Source: Methanotrichaceae archaeon (GTDB lineage: Archaea > Halobacteriota > Methanosarcinia > Methanotrichales > Methanotrichaceae). Taken from it: a stretch of 64,000 nt of DNA. The stretch lies in NCBI GenBank assembly GCA_963803145.1, contig CAWDLW010000008.1, positions 352,001-416,000 of the forward strand, written 5' to 3'. The first letter of the stretch is position 1, and each line of letters begins with the position of its first letter. Position numbers and translations under genes: made by a program. Under the pieces are notes generated by a model. It made no database searches. It was given only the letters and a program-made list of their open reading frames with translations, and had not been told where the DNA came from. Below are positions 61,816-64,000 of this stretch, piece by piece.

Positions 61816-62310
61816 CTACTTTTTAAGCTCAACTATATTCTCGCAATAAGGATCGCCTTTACACATTGCCTTTGTCGATTTCGTTGTATACTTTTGATTT
61901 AGATTCTCGATTGCAGAGCGATTGTATGCCTGACATGCATTGATCAGCAGCGCCGGATTCATGCCCATTTCGATGGCTCTATTAAGAAAGGGACATTCTG
62001 TTCCCCTCGATACCGCCCTGTTCGCCTTTCTCTCCATCATTCTCCATTTAAGCTCAGGCCCGAAGATAATCTTGGATATGATGCCATATGTATCGCTGAT
62101 ATCCCTGGCACTCTCAACGGGCAAACCTAAAGCTTGAGCTATCTTTTTAACCTCCTTTCCGCCCTCGACCCATATTGGCAGCTCAATAGCATCATATCTT
62201 TCTCCCAGAGCTTTTCTAAAGATCATATCGTAGATGATAGGCATAACAGTTGCCGATTTGGCTGCGATCTCCCAGCGCAGCTCGACGGGAATATCTTCAA
62301 TTGTGGCCAT
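61816..62310 (-). CDS. ATC-hydrolase/V4R-like small ligand-binding protein
   Basis: TECPFL, CQAY, AMCKGDPYCE cysteine pattern. Confidence 0.6.
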   Translation of the reverse strand: MATIEDIPVELRWEIAAKSATVMPIIYDMIFRKALGERYDAIELPIWVEGGKEVKKIAQALGLPVESARDISDTYGIISKIIFGPELKWRMMERKANRAVSRGTECPFLNRAIEMGMNPALLINACQAYNRSAIENLNQKYTTKSTKAMCKGDPYCENIVELKK

Positions 62311-62480
62311 TCCGAATCACCGTTTATTAGAGCAATTGTGTATTGCTTTTGATTATTGAAAAATGTTTCCACATATTCTTTATTCAGGAGAAGATAGCAA
62401 TGAACGATAGTAAGGCGTACCTGTGAAAATAGTCCTTCTTTCGATTAGTTGACTGATAAATTCAAGCTCCAAAGTTCACT

Positions 62481-62541
62481 CTTTGTGCCTTTGTGTCTTT
62501 GTGGTGAGCGTTCAGTATCGATCAACCACAAAGGCACAAAG
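62481..62541. repeat. Palindromic REP-like element (CACAAAG family)
   Basis: CTTTGTGCCTTTGTGTCTTTGTGGTGA...ACCACAAAGGCACAAAG. Confidence 0.65.
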
Positions 62542-62603
62542 AACGTACTTGCCATTCTTAACAGATCTAAAAAGTATTTGCCTATCTCTTTCAGACATTG
62601 CAG

Positions 62604-63779
62604 CTAAGCGGGATAATCATAGGTTATATCCGATGATCCTATCCCAAGAGGATGTCTATCCACTCCGGAGCCTCCGGGAATGTAGACTACATGTCCCAGG
62701 TCGCTGTAATAATTGCCAATGACTCCATTATCCCAACTGTTTCTGAGGCCGAGATCATAGGCGTTATAGCTGTTATCTATGAGATAGTTGCTGAATATTT
62801 TGTTCCAGCCAGCAGAGAATGCGAGGTATATCCCATAAGTATTTTTCAGGGCTGTATTATCCGTTATTGTATTGTTGCTGCTGTGGTATGCCAGATGAAT
62901 GCCTTTATCATTCAAAGATAGGTTATTCCTCTCAATGGCATTATCGTTGCTATCGAATGCAAGATAAATGCCTCTTTCGTTATCATTAGCCGTATTATCG
63001 CAGATTACATTGCGCTTAGAGCTATCCAGAGATATGCCACCATGTCCGTTACCGCTGGCAGAATTATGGAAAATAATGTTATCGTCGCTTGACTCCTCAA
63101 GGGATATTCCATACCAATCGCTCTTGCTGATGTTATTATCTTTTATTGTATTGTTGCTGCTGGAACGAAGCGAAATGGAGCTATCGCCATTCTGTATCAG
63201 GTCATTTTTCGAGACCATATTGTGCTCAGACCGTAGGAGGAAGATGCCGCAATCTTTGCTTTCTCCAATGTTGTTATCTTTAATATAATTGTTAGTAATA
63301 ATATTGTATTCTGAGCTTGCGAGAGAGATGCCATTTGTATTATTGCTAATAACGTTCGCGGAGATCGTGCAGTTTTTTGCACCATCAAGGCGTATACCAT
63401 CGGCACAATAGCTTATATTATTTTTGTTAATAACACTGTTATTAGACTCAACATCGATACCTGTCCTACGAGTAGATCTGATATCAAAGCCGGATACAAC
63501 TATGCCATCAGCCTTGAGGGTTATTGCATTGCCGATAGCACCTGAATCTAAAAGTGGCATATCCGTTCCTTTGAGTGCTATCTGTTTAGTTATGTTTAGG
63601 CTCTCGCGATAGACCCCACCCTGGACCTCGATAACATCCCCAGACCCCGCCTTATCTAGAGCTGCCTGGATGCTTGCCCCCGGCTGCACTTTTATCACAG
63701 TGGCGCCAGCTGAAGATGTTGCTATTAATATGATAGCAAGTGCTAGCCAGCATACTCCTATCTTCATTGCATCTCCCAT
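62604..63779 (-). CDS. Secreted NosD/CASH beta-helix protein
   Basis: SIQAALDKAGSGD, beta-helix repeats, WDNGVIGNYYSD, DRHPL; paralog of 40553-41674. Confidence 0.88.
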   Translation of the reverse strand: MGDAMKIGVCWLALAIILIATSSAGATVIKVQPGASIQAALDKAGSGDVIEVQGGVYRESLNITKQIALKGTDMPLLDSGAIGNAITLKADGIVVSGFDIRSTRRTGIDVESNNSVINKNNISYCADGIRLDGAKNCTISANVISNNTNGISLASSEYNIITNNYIKDNNIGESKDCGIFLLRSEHNMVSKNDLIQNGDSSISLRSSSNNTIKDNNISKSDWYGISLEESSDDNIIFHNSASGNGHGGISLDSSKRNVICDNTANDNERGIYLAFDSNDNAIERNNLSLNDKGIHLAYHSSNNTITDNTALKNTYGIYLAFSAGWNKIFSNYLIDNSYNAYDLGLRNSWDNGVIGNYYSDLGHVVYIPGGSGVDRHPLGIGSSDITYDYPA

Positions 63780-64000
63780 TAAGGAGATTACTTTTCAATT
63801 TATAAAGGTATGGTTAAAAGGTTTTATAACTACTAGCATGCCAGAAGTTATCTGGTCCAGATGAATGCTAGATATCTCTCCCTCTGTCAAGCTTGGTTTA
63901 ATGACTATACTAGTTGCTTTCACAGCCCTAACTATGAGATCGAAAAGAATATCACCCTTAAGATAGGGCATACGATAAGGGTACGCGATAATATTTCAGG

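Overview
Chromosomal segment of a Methanothrix-like (Methanotrichaceae) methanogenic archaeon, inferred from hdrED, split-type tgtA plus arcS, DHQ synthase II, archaeal ThrRS, SRP19 and S17e. Housekeeping blocks (about 1-14 kb, 24-30 kb, 49.7-54.5 kb, 59.8-61.7 kb) flank three accessory regions. (i) An hdr region: an internally deleted hdrD paralog upstream of hdrE and an hdrD carrying three frameshifts. (ii) A ~19 kb cluster (30.5-49.6 kb) encoding almost only secreted proteins: Ig/PKD/DUF11 proteins, NosD and pentapeptide beta-solenoids, a papain/transglutaminase-like protein and solute-binding domains. (iii) An AT-rich island (55.4-59.8 kb) with four MITEs that have intact target-site duplications. 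Best candidate for an undescribed system: the three-gene operon at 31821-38326. Its shared domains fit a head-to-tail donor-strand filament: a shaft with acceptor and donor, a tip with donor only, and a base with acceptor only. The base also carries two copies of a domain found free-standing in a secreted, possibly sheath-type protein at 3050-3802. Other oddities are an 18x21-bp array that multiplies the RBS+ATG of hflX, an apparent ACG start codon, and a sensor-type binding domain fused to ~100 pentapeptide repeats. Several single-base frameshifts may be consensus errors. No tRNA, rRNA or CRISPR array was seen. All homologies are by eye; no searches were run.
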